IMG/VR virus record: IMGVR_UViG_3300025608_000998
Span: 1-28,614 of that record
Origin: a virus
Taxonomy: Duplodnaviria > Caudoviricetes
DNA: 28,614 nucleotides
Direction: 5' to 3' (one strand)
Shown: piece after piece, positions 26,586 through 28,614 of the stretch
Layout of the letters: every line of letters starts with the position of its first letter
Position numbering within the stretch: position 1 is the first letter of the stretch
Notes under the pieces: model-generated
Database searches by the model: none
Seen by the model: only the letters and a program-made list of their open reading frames with translations
What the model was told of the DNA's origin: nothing
Made by a program: the position numbers and the translations under genes

Positions 26586-27046
26586 ACAACACAGTGAAGA
26601 TGGCAATCGCAGGATTGTTTGGAATCAGCATTTTTGGAACAATGATGGCACAGTCAAATGGTGTGTCTGAAGAGAAAGCAGCAGAAATGGGTTTGACAAA
26701 ACTCCAATATGATGTGATGTACAATGATGCGACTGAACGTCCAGGAAGTTCTGCTCTCTTGAATGAGAAACGCAAAGGTTGGTATGTCGATCGTGTCACA
26801 GGCAAAAAGGTCTTTCACTCATCAACCAAGTTTGAATCAGGCACAGGTTGGCCATCTTTCTTCAAACCTGTCACGAACAGTGCAGTCACGATGGTCGAGG
26901 ACAGCACCTTAGGCATGACTCGAACAGAGATTCGTTCTGCTGACGGCAAACGTCACTATGGCCATGTGTTCATGGATGGTCCAGAACCGACAGGTCTGAG
27001 ATACTGCATGAACGGTGCAGCATTCAAGTTTGTGCCACAGCAATGA
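26582..27046 (+). CDS. msrB: Peptide methionine-R-sulfoxide reductase with N-terminal signal/anchor
   Basis: ATERPG, KFESGTGWPSF, RTEIR, HYGHVF.DGP and GLRYCMNGAA. Confidence 0.93.
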   Translation: MNNTVKMAIAGLFGISIFGTMMAQSNGVSEEKAAEMGLTKLQYDVMYNDATERPGSSALLNEKRKGWYVDRVTGKKVFHSSTKFESGTGWPSFFKPVTNSAVTMVEDSTLGMTRTEIRSADGKRHYGHVFMDGPEPTGLRYCMNGAAFKFVPQQ

Positions 27047-27465
27047 TTGTTGAAGCAGCACTGTTCTGCCTTGCGCAGAACATCTACTTCGAAGCACGCA
27101 ATCAATCGACAGCAGGTCAGATCGCAGTCACTCAGGTGGTGATGAATCGTGTTAATCACGATTACTACCCATCTAATGTATGTGAGGTGATCAAGCAAGG
27201 TCCAACTTACATCAACTGGAAAGGCGATGAACTACCTGTCAAGCACAAGTGTCAGTTCTCTTGGTACTGTGACGGTAAGTCAGACGTAATGTTGGATCAC
27301 GGTGCTGTGTTGAAAGCAATGGACATTGCATACCGTGTTTATTTCAATGAGATACCTGACCTGACTGACGGTGCCACACACTATCACGCAGTCACTGCCT
27401 ATCCGAAATGGGCATTTGATCTCAGCATCACTTCACGCATTGACGATCACATTTTCTACAAATAG
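27043..27465 (+). CDS. Cell wall hydrolase (SleB/Hydrolase_2 family)
   Basis: CLAQNIYFEAR, AV.QVVMNRV, CQFSWYCDGK, GATHYHA and HIFY. Confidence 0.9.
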   Translation: MIVEAALFCLAQNIYFEARNQSTAGQIAVTQVVMNRVNHDYYPSNVCEVIKQGPTYINWKGDELPVKHKCQFSWYCDGKSDVMLDHGAVLKAMDIAYRVYFNEIPDLTDGATHYHAVTAYPKWAFDLSITSRIDDHIFYK

Positions 27466-27501
27466 TAAATAATGCAAGCGGATCTTCTGAAAGGAAGACA
27501 A

Positions 27502-27903
27502 ATGATTGAAAACTTATTGGAAGTGACCCTGCGAGAACGCGAAGATTTCCTCAAGATCATCGAAACACTCACAAGAATCGGAATCGTGACGAAGGACAAA
27601 AAACTTGTTCAGACCTGTCACATTCTACACAAACGTGGCAAATACTACATCTGCCATTTCAAAGAGCTGTTTCGTCTTGATGGAGTTGAGAAAACTCAAA
27701 TCACATCTGAAGACACCGAAAGACGAAACGCCATAGCCAAACTCTTACAGGAGTGGGAGTTGTGTGACATCGTTCGCCCAGAGATTGCTGAACCATCCTC
27801 GATGAATCGCATCAAGGTGGTTTCACACGCACAAAAATCTCAATACTCCCTCAAACAAAATTACACCATCGGGAACGTAAAGAATCAGTCGCGCAGCCTA
27901 TAA
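27502..27903 (+). CDS. regA: Translational repressor RegA
   Basis: EDFLKIIETLTRIGI, QTCHILHKRGKYYICHFKELFRLDG and RRNAIAKLLQEW. Start could be 27472. Confidence 0.95.
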   Translation: MIENLLEVTLREREDFLKIIETLTRIGIVTKDKKLVQTCHILHKRGKYYICHFKELFRLDGVEKTQITSEDTERRNAIAKLLQEWELCDIVRPEIAEPSSMNRIKVVSHAQKSQYSLKQNYTIGNVKNQSRSL

Positions 27904-27904
27904 C
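27876..27904 (+). promoter_or_regulatory. AAA-N16-CTATAAC promoter for DNA polymerase (leaderless start)
   Basis: CGTAAAGAATCAGTCGCGCAGCCTATAAC; the ATG at 27911 lies 6 nt downstream, with no SD. Confidence 0.65.
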
Positions 27905-27910
27905 AGATGC

Positions 27911-28614
27911 ATGATTGATTACTACACAAACATTTCCCGAGTTGGTGACGAGATCTTGATCCGTGGCATCACCAATGGCGAAGAAGTTCGCGACTGTCTG
28001 AAATATTCACCCACTCTCTACATCGAGCATCCGAATGATTATGGTTGGAAGACCATTTTCGGAAAGAACGTCAAACCCATTCAGTTTGACACGATGAGTG
28101 AGTGCAAAGAGTTCACTGACACACACAAAGGTTCGAATCTCGGACTGTACGGATATCCATTCCATCAAGCACAGTATTGCCTCGAAGAGTTCAACGACAC
28201 CATTGATCGGTGGCGGAAGGAAGACATTCGCATCTTCAACATCGACATCGAGGTCACGTCGACTGAAGGTTTCCCTGAAGCACGTGATGCTGCGTATCCT
28301 GTCACTGCCATTTGCATTCACGACTCCAAGATTGACAAGTTCGTGACATTTGGTCATGGTCAGTGGTCAGCCGAGAAGTCTGAGTTGCCACCTGAGTTGG
28401 TTGACAATGTTCGATATGTTGCTTGTGCTGATGAACGTGATCTGCTGAACAAGTTCCTGAGATACTGGGACATGTTCACTCCCAACATTGTGACTGGCTG
28501 GAACATTGAGATGTTCGACATGCCATATCTGTACAATCGTCTCGAGAACCTTGGGATGAAAGGACGCAAACTGTCACCATGGGGCAAGGCACGTATTCGT
28601 GAGATTCCAACCAA
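27911..28614 (+). CDS. gp43: Family B DNA polymerase (T4 gp43-like), 3'-truncated; not in the ORF track
   Basis: Hand-translated MIDYYTNISRVGDEILIRG...YSPTLY...FNIDIEV..TEGFP (ExoI)...VTGWNIEMFDMPYLYNRL (ExoII)...LSPWG; follows regA. Confidence 0.95.
   Translation, partial: MIDYYTNISRVGDEILIRGITNGEEVRDCLKYSPTLYIEHPNDYGWKTIFGKNVKPIQFDTMSECKEFTDTHKGSNLGLYGYPFHQAQYCLEEFNDTIDRWRKEDIRIFNIDIEVTSTEGFPEARDAAYPVTAICIHDSKIDKFVTFGHGQWSAEKSELPPELVDNVRYVACADERDLLNKFLRYWDMFTPNIVTGWNIEMFDMPYLYNRLENLGMKGRKLSPWGKARIREIPT

Noticed and set aside
12-28614. Many minus-strand and alternate-frame ORFs of 60-227 aa (e.g. 13585-14268, 10533-11057, 28007-28357)
   Set aside because: They overlap well-supported plus-strand genes and have no recognisable motifs. 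They are expected because TA avoidance removes TAA/TAG stops from all frames.
1-28614. Stop-codon reassignment or selenocysteine recoding, suggested by rare TAG/TAA and the Msr/Prx genes
   Set aside because: Genes are full length in the standard code. TAG at 8680 and 27465 and the TGA stops fall at gene boundaries, and catalytic residues use Cys codons.
1-28614. CRISPR arrays, introns, inteins, transposases or intrinsic terminators
   Set aside because: No regularly spaced repeats, interrupted genes or clear hairpin-plus-U-tract were seen by eye. Weak terminators could have been missed.

Overview
This 28.6-kb window is a gene-dense, entirely plus-strand segment of a large T4-like (myovirus-type) phage genome, probably aquatic and infecting a Gram-negative host. 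Left to right: (i) a 5'-truncated acidic/basic protein punctuated by LxE motifs, possibly a prohead-protease-processed internal head polyprotein; (ii) a ~9-kb glycan cluster with three KpsS-like transferases, a methyltransferase, gmd, several GT-A-like genes, a nucleotidyltransferase-cupin fusion, kdsA and an APS-kinase/DUF2061/HxGH-transferase trio; (iii) an early-promoter region with small ORFs and three tRNAs (Arg, Asn, Cys); (iv) a sulfotransferase-mazG-msrA-clpP-ahcY-metK-GT-thyX run; (v) a DUF932 gene, an exported lipoprotein pair, guaC and a peroxiredoxin; (vi) the T4 replication block gp45-gp44-gp62-regA-gp43, interrupted by msrB and a cell-wall hydrolase. Signals beyond the gene list: a recurring AAA-N16-CTATAA promoter-like motif (11 copies, two placed for leaderless starts), extreme TpA depletion that is relaxed in some auxiliary genes, a 14-bp direct repeat bracketing msrA, and exported MsrA and MsrB. 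All product calls come from motif recognition only; no database searches were run.
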